Notes: a model not told the origin generated them from the sequence alone. A stretch of DNA of 63,339 bases, filler included, from Octopus bimaculoides (GCF_001194135.2; 5 parts of 5 records of this genome joined end to end with filler, not necessarily neighbours in it); one strand, 5' to 3'; numbered from the whole stretch's first letter, positions 12,181 through 27,039 are shown. Program-made: numbers and translations.

Positions 12181-14789
12181 AGAAACATGAAAAATAGTAT
12201 AGGCTTTATATATATATATATATATATNNNNNNNNNNNNNNNNNNNNNNNNNNNNNNNNNNNNNNNNNNNNNNNNNNNNNNNNNNNNNNNNNNNNNNNNN
12301 NNNNNNNNNNNNNNNNNNNNNNNNNNNNNNNNNNNNNNNNNNNNNNNNNNNNNNNNNNNNNNNNNNNNNNNNNNNNNNNNNNNNNNNNNNNNNNNNNNNN
12401 NNNNNNNNNNNNNNNNNNNNNNNNNNNNNNNNNNNNNNNNNNNNNNNNNNNNNNNNNNNNNNNNNNNNNNNNNNNNNNNNNNNNNNNNNNNNNNNNNNNN
12501 NNNNNNNNNNNNNNNNNNNNNNNNNNNNNNNNNNNNNNNNNNNNNNNNNNNNNNNNNNNNNNNNNNNNNNNNNNNNNNNNNNNNNNNNNNNNNNNNNNNN
12601 NNNNNNNNNNNNNNNNNNNNNNNNNNNNNNNNNNNNNNNNNNNNNNNNNNNNNNNNNNNNNNNNNNNNNNNNNNNNNNNNNNNNNNNNNNNNNNNNNNNN
12701 NNNNNNNNNNNNNNNNNNNNNNNNNNNNNNNNNNNNNNNNNNNNNNNNNNNNNNNNNNNNNNCACAAGCACACACACACAATAATCACTACTATGCTTGC
12801 AGGCTTCTGAATAATCTCTTTTCTCTGAATGTCTGTCGCTATGGAAGATGACCGTTCTGTTAACACAAATAAAACATCAATAAAAATCCTTTCACAAAAG
12901 CAGAAAGCTTTAAAGAAAATTCAATAATCTATTTAATTTATATTAAAAGAATACCGTAAAATTGACAACTTCAGAGACTAACAATATCGTCAGCACTACA
13001 AATGGTAGAATTTTCAACCAGCAACTCCGCAACAGGATAGCATAGAAATAAAATATGAAGATATTAAGAAATTTTATTCATCGTTCGTTACCGATGTTTT
13101 TATTTTTCGCCTACTTCGGTATGTTGATTTTACAGCAAAGGAAGCATTGTGTTATATTAGACATGAATGTGTAACACAGAATGAGATACTGAGATACTGA
13201 TAGAAAACAGCACAACAGTATAAGAAGTGAAGCAGAAAAAAGAAAAGATATAGAGAAAGAGATACAGACAGACAGACAAATACACAGAGTGGCAAGGGAC
13301 TGCGAAGTAAAAGGAAGCGAACGAAAGTAACAGAGAAATGAGCAAAAGCAAACAAATATTATAGTAAAAATATTATAAAACCATGGACATTTTAAATGAA
13401 CATGGAAATAAAATATCTTATTATATGATCACACATTCTTCAAACAATATATGCAAAAGTACTAACGTGTATGAATGCATAAATTTATAGGTGCAAAAGA
13501 TAGAGTTCGTGGTTAAGATACCGATTCAGAAACAGTGAAATCCTGTTGCGCGGTTTGCCCAATATCTTTTTTGTATAATTTCTTGAAAGGAAAGTGGTCA
13601 AACCCCTACTGTATATACAGACACACACAGGCACACATATTAATATGTGCGTACACATATGCACAATCTTACGTACGTAAATAAATGTATTTCCATATGA
13701 ATTTGAACACACACACACACACACAAATACAGCTATATCAAATTCCATACAACATAATTTCTTGATTAATTACATTCATGTCTGCACCTAGAAAATACCT
13801 CGTGATTACCAGATAAATTGTAATTAAAACGTGTTCCACATGAGAAAGGGAGATAATCAAGAAATTATTCCAAGTTATTAAAGAAAAGGATTGGCTTATT
13901 TTCACGGGATAAGAGGGTAGTTATGAACATGTTTTTCTGTCTCAATAGACGTTATGAGCATGACAACTGTTCAAACTCACCTCCAGTAGCCAAATACCTT
14001 AGACTAATACGAAAAGAGGAGAAAACTTGGTAAATTTGCATAAATTAAAGATAGAGAAATAATTCCGATAGCTATCGCCTTGGATCTGAACAACTTAGAC
14101 TAATATATCGAGACAGGTATATCAAATACCATACAATATACTTGATTTATTAAAATGACTCTCAGCCTCAAGAGGATGTTCATATTTATCAAATGGTTAT
14201 TAAGATCAGCTCCACATGAGAATGAGTTACTTGTATGATTATGAGATTGTGTGCTTACGTTGACAGTTTAAGTCATTTAATTTATGTTTGTGATACTTTA
14301 TGAGTTATAACTTAGTGACCCAGTGGTCCAGAAAATAAAGTTTCGTGTCAAGCGTATTTTTATCTTGAAGTCGACACGATCGATGAAATCTTTGAAGGCA
14401 ATTATTCTGTATGTCAGCTGTCAGATGATTGAGGCTTGTCGTAGAACCAAAAAGAATATTTTCAACGCATGAACTGACATTTACATAGTAACAAACGCCT
14501 GGAACTCAAAATAAAACGGAAACCACATACCTTTGTAAGCAACAGTGAAGAAATTAAATGCATCTCAAAAAAAAAATGCATTTAAGTATCACATCCAGAC
14601 ACAGATAGAGCCCGAGTATGAGGGCTACAGTAGCCACAGAGGAAAGTAAGAGTCAAATAAAGCACGTTTATGTACGTGGTTCTTGAACCTGCTAGAAATA
14701 GAAAAATTCGCACTAATCAAATAGATGTACTTCCAGCAAGATGAGTTTCCTAACGCTGGAATGCTGTTAATAATACATCTGCTTTCTCA

Positions 14790-15721
14790 GGGAGACCTCG
14801 GAACCAATTTCCATCGATAACAGAGTTAAACAAGGTGATATTGCTGCGCCAACGTTTTTTTCCATAATTTTGCTGTCTTGCACGTTTTCCAAGACTGTGA
14901 TATCGGCGTCTATATTCACTTCTGAACCACAGGTAAGGTCTTTGATGTTAAACGCTTTAATGCAAAGTCGAAGACATTCCAGGCCCTTTTGCTCGAGAGC
15001 TCCTTTATGCTGATGATGTAGTTCTAGCTGCTCACACCGAGGAGGACATGCAGGCTATATTGGATCTCTTCTCTAGAGCCTGTATTACTACTGGACTTAC
15101 CATCAGTCTAAAGAAAACAAAGATCATGTTCTCTCAGCCACCAGGCCAACCCTATGTGGAACCTAACATCATTGTCCAGGGTACAAGATTAGATGTGGTT
15201 GACTCATTCATCTAACTTGGCAGCACTCTCTCTAGAGGTGACTTCCTTGATTCTGAAATAAACATGAGAATTGGAAAAGCCAGCAAAGATTTAGGAGGGC
15301 TTGAAAATCGTGTGTGGTCTGATAGAAGTATCACTTTCAAAACCAAGCTTAGTATCTATGAATCTTGCATTTTAACGATCCTCTTCTGAGACCTGGATGA
15401 CGTATCGGCGCCACATCAAGGCTTTAGAAAGATTCCATCAGACTGGAAGTCTTTAATACCAGACACCGTTGTTCTTCAGCAAGCTAACACATCCAGTATT
15501 GAAATGATCCTCATACGTGCTCAAATGCGTTGGGTCGGGCACCTTGCTAGGATGCAGAATTTTAAGGTTGCCAAAGCAGTTGATTTACGGGAAGTTGCAG
15601 TGTGGCGAACGTCCGAGACATAAACCTAAGAAACGTTTTAGGGATGTTATCAAAAGCGACCTTAAGGCTCTTAATGTGAAAGTTGAAACTGGGAGCAGTT
15701 GAAGACGCACGATCGATCGGT
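14790..15721 (+). mobile_element. RTE-clade LINE, reverse transcriptase region (defective)
   Basis: VKQGDIAAPTFF, RELLYADDVVLAAHTEEDMQ, GLTISLKKTKIM, LGSTLS, RIGKAS, QMRWVGHL, LPKQLIYGKLQCGERPRHKPKKRFRDVIKSDLK; stops and frameshifts present. Confidence 0.93.
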
Positions 15722-16143
15722 ATACTTTTTTTTCTCTTTTTTTTTACTCTTTTACTTGTTTCAGTCATTTGACTGCGGCCATGCTGATGCACCACTTTTA
15801 GTCGAGAAAATCGACCCCAGAGCTTATTCTTTGTAAGCTTAGTACTTATTCTATCGGTCTCTTTTGCCCAACCACTAAGTTACGGGGACGTAAACACACC
15901 AACATCGGTTGTCAAGCGATGTTGGGGGAACACGCACAGACACACAGATATATACACACATAGCGATATATATGCATATACGACGGGCTTCTTTCAGCTT
16001 CCGTCTACCAAATCCACTCACAATGCTTTGGTCGGCACGAGGCTATAGTAGAAGACACTTGCCCAGGGTGCCACACATTAGGACTGATCCCGGGGCCATG
16101 CAGTTGGTAAGCAAGATACTTACCACACAGCCACTCCTGCACC
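15722..16143 (-). mobile_element. SINE family B, near full length, inserted into the RTE LINE
   Basis: Reverse complement of the copy at 43255-43655 (TCTTCTACTATAGCCTCG..CCGACCAAAGC core, GACTGAAACAAGTAAAAGAG tail). Confidence 0.88.
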
Positions 16144-16390
16144 TCTTTGGAAAAAAATGATCTACAATAGATGTAACGCATTTGAAGCTCGAAGAATTGA
16201 ACAATCTATCTTGAAACGAGCACTTCGTAGACAGGATTTAACTATAATCCCAGGCACTTTGCCGCCTAAAAGCATTTGTAAAATCTGCAGTAGAGTTTGT
16301 CAAGAACAGGACTTGCTAGTCATATCAGATTTCATGACAGTATTTATTAATTGAAGAGATGACCTTCTTTTGGAAAGAAGTGGCAATCAT
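16144..16390 (+). mobile_element. RTE LINE C-terminus and 3' end (continuation after the SINE)
   Basis: WKKMIYNRCNAFEARRIEQSILKRALRRQ...CKICSRVC continues the 'WEQL..DRS' motif cut at 15721, including the C-terminal zinc-finger cysteines. Confidence 0.8.
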
Positions 16391-16517
16391 CATATGTATA
16401 TATGTATGTATTTACATGTATATATGTATGTATTTACATGTATATATGTATATGTATATATATATATGTATATATATATGTCTATATGTATGTATATATG
16501 TATGTATATGTATGTGC

Positions 16518-16577
<60 letters not shown>

Positions 16578-17779
16578 TCCGCAGAGATCAGAACTTATCT
16601 GCAACTCTTGATGGTCCAATTCGGATATGCAATCTATGTGGGTGCCTTTTCAAAACACTGTCTGATTTTTAAAAAAATCCCTAATGCTGTGTCCATTCCC
16701 TAGTGCTGTGTCCATTCATCTTTATATTTTGTATGGAAGATTCTTGATGTGAGTTCGTTATGGTTTGAGAGAGTCACCATATCAATAATAATAATAATAA
16801 CATACGTACAAATTCAATTCCACTTCTTGTTAGCAAAGAAGTGGAATTGAACCTGAGCTTGCGCTATTATTAACTCGTCAGATATGCAGAAACGAGTATT
16901 GGACTGTAGTTGGAGAAATATGTCACACGGTGTTATTGGTTAGGTAGCGACATCAATTTCAGTTCAGAATTCTCAGAACCACGTGCTAGAACAGAATGTT
17001 GTGAGGACACACTGTGTCTAGAGACATGGGATCTGTTTGCTATCAGCGATAACAGTTCGCTGGTGTGTNNNNNNNNNNNNNNNNNNNNNNNNNNNNNNNN
17101 NNNNNNNNNNNNNNNNNNNNNNNNNNNNNNNNNNNNNNNNNNNNNNNNNNNNNNNNNNNNNNNNNNNNNNNNNNNNNNNNNNNNNNNNNNNNNNNNNNNN
17201 NNNNNNNNNNNNNNNNNNNNNNNNNNNNNNNNNNNNNNNNNNNNNNNNNNNNNNNNNNNNNNNNNNNNNNNNNNNNNNNNNNNNNNNNNNNNNNNNNNNN
17301 NNNNNNNNNNNNNNNNNNNNNNNNNNNNNNNNNNNNNNNNNNNNNNNNNNNNNNNNNNNNNNNNNNNNNNNNNNNNNNNNNNNNNNNNNNNNNNNNNNNN
17401 NNNNNNNNNNNNNNNNNNNNNNNNNNNNNNNNNNNNNNNNNNNNNNNNNNNNNNNNNNNNNNNNNNNNNNNNNNNNNNNNNNNNNNNNNNNNNNNNNNNN
17501 NNNNNNNNNNNNNNNNNNNNNNNNNNNNNNNNNNNNNNNNNNNNNNNNNNNNNNNNNNNNNNNNNNNNNNNNNNNNNNNNNNNNNNNNNNNNNNNNNNNN
17601 NNNNNNNNNNNNNNNNNNNNNNNNNNNNNNNNNNNNNNNNNNNNNNNNNNNNNNNNNNNNNNNNNNNNNNNNNNNNNNNNNNNNNNNNNNNNNGTTTTGA
17701 AGACTTCGTAGTCTACAGTGGAATATATCTTAAAGATGATTATAACCGGAAGAAGAAGAAAAGAGAAAACAGCCACTCA

Positions 17780-18583
17780 GGAAGAGAATACAAAGGCGAA
17801 TGAAGATGACTTTGTTCCTTCTATTGGCAGCTGGAGAAAAGCTAATGACACAGAAGGTAAAGGAGAAATGTGAAATGGATGTAAATATTCGAACAGTCGA
17901 TAGAACATTGAAAAAAAAAAAAAGATAGATACAAGTATGGAAAGGCCAAAAGTAAAATTCATTCCAGCAAAAAACATAAGAAGGCAAGGTTGAACTGTGC
18001 AAAATTATGATTAACTACTTTTGTTGGATTTTACCAAAGCAATTTTACCAAGAAGCGATTTAAGTTCGATGGACACGAGAACTGGTGTTCTTGGGCAAGG
18101 AAAGGTGAACCAGAGACACTGAACAAAAGGCAGATAGGCGAATGTGGCGTATAATGGTATGGGGCAGTGGATATTTTTCAACATAATGACTGAAGGGAAG
18201 GCAGAGTAGTATAAGTCACATCCAGGGGATGCAAACAAAAGTCTTGCCCGTATTAAAGATGAAACGGGAGATAATTGAATCCTTTAACAAGATAACTGCA
18301 GCATTCACTTGTCAAAAACATTCAAGGAATGAATGCAAGACATGAAAATAAGGAATGGCCGTCGAGAAATTCTGATTTGAACATAACTGAAAATATATGG
18401 GAAATGTTAACACAGCTGGTGTGTGAAGGACTAGAAGTGACAAGTGAGGCAGAATAAAAGAAACGAATTTTAGGATATAAAATATAACTGAAAACAAAGA
18501 AATGTGATAAGGAACATGGTTGTCCGTTAAACGAACGAATAGTACAAGCATTCATAAAGAAAGGCGAGTGTGTGGACTACTGA
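17780..18583 (+). mobile_element. Second Tc1-family transposase relic (highly decayed)
   Basis: Across frameshifts: NIRTVDRTLKK, KHKKARLNCAK, KRFKFDG, IMVWG, QDNCSIH, WPSRNSDLNITENIW, ERIVQAFIKKGECVDY*. Confidence 0.8.
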
Positions 18584-20441
18584 ACCTGAGTGGTAATCTG
18601 TCCGATAAATATTGTCGTATGATTTTAATAATTTTTTTCCAAAATACTACTTAACAAATGCGCTCAGGGAGGCAATCACAACATGAATATTTTACACGTC
18701 TAAATTGTTTTACTCTAAAAATGTGCTTATCACTAAATGTCTGTAATCACTACAGAACAGATGTCCGAAAGAATTTGACGACTCCAACAAACATTTACAA
18801 ATAAACACTGGCATACACAAACACACATATGACAGCATTTCTGTACAATTTTTAAATCCTTTACACAAGTAATTGATAGTCAGTGGCTTTAGTAGAATAG
18901 AAAATATTTGTCTAGTTTACCGCGAAATGAGATCGAACTTGGTATGACTTGGTTGCAGAAAAAAACTTCTTAAAAACACAAGCATACCTGCGCTTATATT
19001 AGCATTTAGCAACCATATTCTTGTTTGGCAGTGTTTCAAACTCATCAGGAGTGAAACATGTTTCACTATAAAAATAAAATTAGGGATTATTTGACAAGGA
19101 AGAATAAATTTGTATTTAGCGTGAATTCTAATATGTTAGGTGAAACGCTTCCTAGGAAAGAGACATAAGGTGCTTCTTTTCCATGATTAAACCTCTCCAA
19201 CACAATAAATTGTATCATGACTCTTGTATTTATTTAAGCTTCTGAAATTTATTGAACTATTTTTATTTTATTTACATAGAACATTTTTTTAACAGCAGCT
19301 TAGAACTTTTGACTTCTAGAATTATCTTCGAAGATATTTAATGAAAATTGCATTATCTCTAATAATCAGCTAGGAACAGACAATATAATACGTCAATGCT
19401 GACATTATCACAGTAACAATCGATATTGCCATAAAATGGCCACTGAATTCGTGATCTTTATCAACACCTTTGCATACAACTCTAAAACTCTTTTACACTG
19501 GGTCTAAAATATGTTCAAATTTGTTGACATATAGTGAACTTAATATCCTTCTTTAATCTTTATACTACGCCGAGTTGTCTCGAACTAAATTTCATAAAAT
19601 TATGAACCGAAGAATGGCTCATAAAATTATCATATCGTAGCGATGTGTCTGTAAACTTCCGGAGATTCGACTTTAATGGGAACGTAACACAAAATAGACA
19701 TCAACACTTATCCGCCATAAATTTCAAATTGAGCGAAGGATACTTATAGCTCAAAACAAAACATTTATTGAGTTACGCTGATAAATGACAACTATTAAGC
19801 ATAAATAAGTGTAAAATGTTTTAGTACCTTTCAGTTTAGTTACAAAACAAAATCTTTATATTAAAAAGTAATTCCCAATTGTTTTCAATTTTGATGATTA
19901 TTTCTTCTTCTGTTCGATCATCGTCTATTTTAATTTAATTTTGTCAGGAAATGCCAACTTAGATTATCTGATTTCTTAAGATGATGGGATTTTTTTCTAT
20001 AATAGCTTCGAAATTTGGTAAAACTATTATTATGATGCGTTGTCGGTACAGACAACAAATAAAACACTTAGATATGAATTGGAAGCTGAATACTAATACT
20101 GAAGAAAAAGAAAAACAAAGTATGAAATGAAAATCTATTTGATATATATACTAATAGAACGGCTCTTTAGATCCTGAAGTGAAAAGAAATTTAGATTGAA
20201 CACACTAAATTATAAAGTTTTCTATTGTAATGTAATGATTTAAAGTTCTCATTCATGAATAAGTACTAGTATTATATAGTTTATAACACTAACACGTGCA
20301 ACCGTTTTCCAGTATGAGAAATAAATTGAGTGCTCTTATTGGTTTTAAATACAAATACAGACACCCGTGCGAGCATGTATACATCCATCCATCTATCTAT
20401 CTATCCATCCACCCGACCATCCATCCATCCATCCATCCATC

Positions 20442-20475
<34 letters not shown>

Positions 20476-21113
20476 TATATATNNNNNNNNNNNNNNNNNN
20501 NNNNNNNNNNNNNNNNNNNNNNNNNNNNNNNNNNNNNNNNNNNNNNNNNNNNNNNNNNNNNNNNNNNNNNNNNNNNNNNNNNNNNNNNNNNNNNNNNNNN
20601 NNNNNNNNNNNNNNNNNNNNNNNNNNNNNNNNNNNNNNNNNNNNNNNNNNNNNNNNNNNNNNNNNNNNNNNNNNNNNNNNNNNNNNNNNNNNNNNNNNNN
20701 NNNNNNNNNNNNNNNNNNNNNNNNNNNNNNNNNNNNNNNNNNNNNNNNNNNNNNNNNNNNNNNNNNNNNNNNNNNNNNNNNNNNNNNNNNNNNNNNNNNN
20801 NNNNNNNNNNNNNNNNNNNNNNNNNNNNNNNNNNNNNNNNNNNNNNNNNNNNNNNNNNNNNNNNNNNNNNNNNNNNNNNNNNNNNNNNNNNNNNNNNNNN
20901 NNNNNNNNNNNNNNNNNNNNNNNNNNNNNNNNNNNNNNNNNNNNNNNNNNNNNNNNNNNNNNNNNNNNNNNNNNNNNNNNNNNNNNNNNNNNNNNNNNNN
21001 NNNNNNNNNNNNNNNNNNNNNNNNNNNNNNNNNNNNNNNNNNNNNNNNNNNNNNNNNNNNNNNNNNNNNNNNNNNNNNNNNNNNNNNNNNNNNNNNNNNN
21101 NNNNNNNNNNNNN

Positions 21114-21146
<33 letters not shown>

Positions 21147-21331
21147 GAAGAAATGCGAATATATATATTCACGTACAAATATATGAATGCATAAATATAT
21201 TCATACATATACGCATACATGTTATACTGAAACTGAAGAAATTACTTATACTTTACTTGAAGTTTTTTTATTGTCGACAGATGTACATGCGCTTTAGCGT
21301 ATCTAAGCAGTAATGTTATCACATTCAGTTG

Positions 21332-21545
21332 AAGGTGACGAGCTGACAGAATTGGTAATACGCTGGGCAAAATGCTTAGCAGTATTTCATCTGTCTTTTC
21401 GTTCTGAGTTCAAATATCACCGAGGTCGACTTTGCCTTTCATCCTTTCGGGCTATAGAATAAGTATCAGTCAAGTACTAGGGTGATGTAATAGACTAGCC
21501 TCCACCACCAAAATTTCGAACTTTGTGTCAAAATTTTAGACCAAT
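21332..21545 (+). mobile_element. SINE family A
   Basis: GAGCTGACAGAATTGG (A-box-like)...GTTCTGAGTTCAAAT (B-box)...GAGGTCGACTTTGCCTTTCATCCTTTCGGG. Further copies at about 23790-23990(+), 60222-60410(+), 60583-60790(+), 61915-61975(-) and 62679-62865(-). Confidence 0.85.
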
Positions 21546-21790
21546 ATTATCATATTCAGTAGAAGAGAACTTGAATTTTATACCAGGCTTACAAAACAAA
21601 CAATATCCTTTGAAGGTAACTAGAAATATAGTTATTAAATGGAAAAATGCATAACTATCACGTTAAACTCCGTCTATTACATGACCCGGTGGAGTTCAAG
21701 CAATTATAGCTGGGATATTACGTAGTATATGTGTGTCTTGTTTATGCCTCTGTTAGTTTAGAGAATGAGAGCGAGAGAGAGAGAGAGAGA

Positions 21791-21826
<36 letters not shown>

Positions 21827-22124
21827 NNNNNNNNNNNNNNNNNNNNNNNNNNNNNNNNNNNNNNNNNNNNNNNNNNNNNNNNNNNNNNNNNNNNNNNNNN
21901 NNNNNNNNNNNNNNNNNNNNNNNNNNNNNNNNNNNNNNNNNNNNNNNNNNNNNNNNNNNNNNNNNNNNNNNNNNNNNNNNNNNNNNNNNNNNNNNNNNNN
22001 NNNNNNNNNNNNNNNNNNNNNNNNNNNNNNNNNNNNNNNNNNNNNNNNNNNNNNNNNNNNNNNNNNNNNNNNNNNNNNNNNNNNNNNNNNNNNNNNNNNN
22101 NNNNNNNNNNNNNNNNNNNNNNNN

Positions 22125-22157
<33 letters not shown>

Positions 22158-23064
22158 TTACACGCATATATATTCACGTATATATGTATATATACGTATA
22201 CATATGCATGCCTATATATATATATGCAAAAGTAAACATATATATGCGTGGACGTGTATGTCTATGTTTGTATCTAACAAGGAAACGAAGCAGCATATAG
22301 GTCGAGCAAGATGGAATTTCCGAAAATAACTATAAATAAATCCATCTCAATCCATAATTTCTATAAAGTTCAGCTGATACAATAGAAACCAGTCAATCGA
22401 CTGTCATGCAGAAAAACTATGAATGCAGCGGCTTTCCAACTGTCAAATATCAGCCCCCGCAAAAATATCAATGAAATTTCGCCCAGTTACCATCTCTTTA
22501 TGTCTCCCTTTCTCTCTGTCTGTCTCTCAGTTAACGAGAGGACAGCAAAATAGAGTTTACGTCCATATAATTCTTAATTTTTAGCAATAATATTAAACAA
22601 TTTCAAAAAGTTTAATAACACCACAATTTTATGAAATCTGTCAATTTGGCAGACCCTTTTAAATCACCAATGGCCTCTACGCAAAATGGGAATACTGTAG
22701 TTTTACGGATTTGTTCATGTTTCATATGCTGAATAGATTTTAGGTGCTGTCAAGATAAAAAAAATGAAAATTAAGATTTCAGAAAGCTAAAGACTTTGAA
22801 CATTCTCATTGTGTAAAGAAATACACGGGTATGGAGAATCATCATGCCAATATAATTAACACATACTGGTTCGATTCCACTCATTTATTAAATATCCGAT
22901 ATTTTTTGTAAAAGCTCGTTCGTTGTTTTTTTTACAACCTTCTCGGTGGCTCAATAGCAATTAAGTCTGCCCGTAATAGAGGGCACGTTAGTTTGTCTGT
23001 TTAAGATGTTGTTGCTCGCGTGTATGCGTGCCAGTGTGCGTGTGCGTGTGCTTGTGTATGCATG

Positions 23065-23095
<31 letters not shown>

Positions 23096-23417
23096 GTATG
23101 AGTGACTGAGCTGGTTGCAAAAAGGCAACGAATGAGTTTTGACAAAAACAAGAAAAAAGTAGAATTGAACCTGTGTGTTAATTATATTGGCATGATGACC
23201 CTTCCTAGACACAGTAAAATTTGTTTCAACACACGAATTCACATAAAGAATCTTGCAAACCAGATACAAAAACGAAATATTTTGTATTATGTCAGTAATT
23301 TCATAGCATTTTGTAGGTAAACTCGGTGCCCATTCCCTTTAAGCGGCGATAAAACAGCATGATACTGTAATGAAGCAGAAGTAAATTTTACAGAGTCATC
23401 TCTCTGTTCTTATACCT

Positions 23418-23480
23418 CATTTTAGATATATGAGCTGACTAGAGTCAGTCATTTTAGATAAATGAGCTGACTAGAGTCAG
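23418..23480. repeat. 32-bp tandem duplication, each unit containing the inverted repeat CTGACT-AG-AGTCAG
   Basis: Units at 23418-23449 and 23450-23480, with 1 mismatch. Confidence 0.9.
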
Positions 23481-24334
23481 AAACTACAAGAGAATGTGGA
23501 AACTCACATTATGAAATTATATTGGAACTTGGTTATCATCAGTTATGTGTTTTTTCTTACTAGTAACACCTTCCAGTCATACTAGAATCCAGAAAAAGAT
23601 TTGTTTTGAAAATATGTTTAACGTAAAAGTGTCGTACACGGTTTAGATATTTTATTTCTGAAATAAAATCACTTATCTAAATAACCAGCGCCCCTCATTG
23701 CGCTCCCTTTGTATTTGCTGTCTCCATGTCAGCTTAACACGCCTCCCACTACCACCACTGCCACTACAGCAGCAACAGCAACAACTGCGCTAGCGCCCAG
23801 GTTAAGAGTGAATGATTTAGGATACGCTTTCGAATCAGTTCTGAGTTCTAATTCTGCCAAGGTCGACTTTACCTTTTATCATTTCCGGGTCGATAAAATA
23901 AATACAAGTTGAGCACTGTGGTTGATGTAATTGACTTACACCCTCCCTAAAAATTGCTGGCATTGTGCCAAAATCTGAAATCAGTATTTCTGTCACCTTT
24001 GTCTAATATCCTTCAGAATCTATAAAAAAAAAACGTAACATTCACTACAACTCATTGTGAAATGAGTGATCAAATTCAAAATCAAATAATATTTACTTTA
24101 GTTCTTTTGTAATGTAAGTATGTATATTTATGTCTTTCTTTATTTCCGCATTAATATATCTTGTGACAGTAATTTTAATTCTGTAGACATCGTTTACATA
24201 TGCAACCTCATAATCACGTGTTACGATGTGAAGCGCTGTATCACGTTGCAAGGACAAATTTAATTAAATATAACCTACAAATAATGAACAACGTGACAAG
24301 GAGCTTGTTGAAAGTAAAGAATGAATTTTGTTTT

Positions 24335-24690
24335 AAGCACTGAATTTTTGAGGGCTAGTACATATTGTTTTAACGAACCGCTAAGACACATCGATGTAAA
24401 CGGACGAACGAAGGTTGTCAAGCGGTGTTGGAGCCACACAAACACAGATACACACACACACACACACATACGCACACACATACATACACACATATATATA
24501 CAAACGTACATGCATACATACATACATACATACATATATACATGTTGGATACCGTTCAGATTTTGTCTCCGAAATCTACTCATAAAGCTAAGGGCTATAG
24601 TAGAAAACACGTGACCAAGGTGCAGTAGGACTGAACTCGAAACCATGTAGCTGGGAAGCAGACTTGTTATCATACAGCCATACTGCGCCT
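24335..24690 (-). mobile_element. SINE family B with internal (AC)/(ATAC) expansion
   Basis: GGGCTATAGTAGAAAACAC...GAACTCGAAACCATGT, the reverse complement of the family-B head. Other copies at about 25960-26225(+), 51615-51710(-), 51950-52135(+), 56805-57175(+) and 59490-59600(-). Confidence 0.8.
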
Positions 24691-27039
24691 GTGTGTGTGT
24701 GTGTGTGTGCGTGCGTGTGCGCGTGATGGTGTGCTCGCACACGCGTATACTTATGTCCATGCATACACACATATACATATTTGTACTAATCATTCATATT
24801 GTTTGAGAATCTTGAAATGTTTTGTTGTTAATACAATTTTGAATTGTGAAAATTGATTAAAAACAGTAAAAGAGTACTATATGCTTCATATCTTGTCTGG
24901 TTATCAAAATACAGTGTGCTGTTCATTTACATCTTTCGGGAATAATAATTATATCCAGGTGGAATTATATCAAAACAATTTTCTTTCTTTTTATTTATAC
25001 ATTTTAACAGGTTTTACTTATATGTGGATATAAACTTAAAACAAAATATTGTTCTCTCATACATAGTTTTCCAACATTTTGTTTCTTACACCGTAATTCC
25101 TCTTCATTTAACCAAGTTAATTTAAATTTAATTCAATTCACATTGTGAATGTGATATAATATTACAATAATTATTATTTCCCAGTAGCTACTTATTGAAA
25201 CTAATTTCTACCAGCTCTGTCTGTGCCAGGTACTAAAATACAAAGGTCATTAAGATATTAATCATATTCATCGCGTAGACACCTCCTACTTGCCTAAGCA
25301 AAAATAAATAAATAAATAAATAAAATTTAAATAAAAAAAATAGGTACTTAGCACTCTTGAAACTATCAATTTCCTTGATGCTAATGCCAACAGCACAAAC
25401 TTTTGAGAATGTAGTAATGTGTGTACATTAGAGAGGCAAACTGTACTACCAACGTCAGAGATGTTCTGAAAATTGTGTTCCTTCCGCCTCTTTAGCTTTC
25501 ACTACACTTCAACTTTTCGCCTGCAAAATATAGCACTTAACACTTTTCTTCTGCTTTATAAGATTACACGCGCACATATGTACATAGACATATATATATA
25601 TATATATCAGTTTATATGTACATACATATACACACGCACACACACTACGTACGCCTACACATACACACACATGTATATACGTCTGTAAAATTTACATTAC
25701 ATATTACAAGCATCAATTCACTCCGAAATGGAGACTTATGTTCTTCGAAATAAAATTATTCAAGTCTGATTGCAATGTAAAATGTCATTGAAGGAGACTT
25801 ACACACTGATATACGAAGGAAACCAAATGCTATATTTCATATATATATATATATGATTAGAGTTGATGTATCAAACAAAGACCTCGATGTAAGGGGGATA
25901 TTTTATCATAAACGCATGCCCTCTACGACCTGCAACACACACAAACACGTAGTATTCATGCCTAAGTTCATAGCGTTGTGGTAAGAAGTTTGCTTCTCAT
26001 CCACATGATTACAAGTTCAGTTCCACTGAGTGACAACTTGGGCAAGTACCTTCTACTATATCTTCGGGCCGACCAAAGTGTTATGAGTGGATTTCGCAGA
26101 CTGAAACTGAAAGAAGCCCATCGTATATATATTCATATGTATGTGTGACTTTGTGTTTGTTCCCCCACTACCGCTCGACAACCAGCATTGATTTTTTGCG
26201 TCTCCGTAAGTTAGCAGTTCGACTTAAAATTTCGCAGGCCACTGTACAAAAACCTTTGTTGTTCAAGCTTAGCTAACTAACTCTGAACGAGCTAAGTTTT
26301 TTCAAAGAGGCCTACGAACCTTTAAGTCCAAAGACCCGAATGAAAATGTTTGAAATAATAATATATATATAACTCCCGCGAAATGTGTTGAGAGCGGTTT
26401 TCTTTCGTTTACCCACTCATTTGTATATGTATGTGTGTATACATAACACATTGGTACAAAAGGAATTTTTGGTTACAATGTTGTCGATTAGCATTATCCC
26501 CTAACAGAAATGTACAATCTAAAATGGGTGAAGATGTTGGCCAGAGCCTTCACCTATACACTGGGATTGGGATTCGGACAACGCAACTATATTTCCCTAC
26601 TCATTCAAACATTACTCACTTTTTAATATCACCTGATACAATACACAAATGAAATATATTTTGTTACAATGTCTAAACGTTTTTGGTCTGAAACAACTCA
26701 TCTAGAAAATTAAAAATAAAAGTTGCGTGTGTTTACGGAAACTTAACACTGAATAATTGCCAGTAATTGTTCACTATTATAGAATATATATTAAATTTAT
26801 CAATCAATTAGTCTTAATGCATCGATAGAATGGTTATGTTTGGAAAAAAAAAACAAATAAAAAATACAGAAAATGTATATTTTAAATTAAATTTATGACT
26901 TATCTAGAAGCACGGAATATATAGAAAAGAATTAAAGTTTATATTTTAGATAATCAGAAAACAGATTACCAGAATCACTCCTTTCCTCTCACTCAACATC
27001 TCTCTCTCACACTCTCTCTTTTTCATTCTCTCTCTTTTA

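Noticed and set aside
19025-19070. CTGATGAG-TTT-GAAAC on the minus strand next to the palindrome AGTGAAACATGTTTCACT
   Set aside because: No stem II, and no cleavage triplet with a matching stem I.
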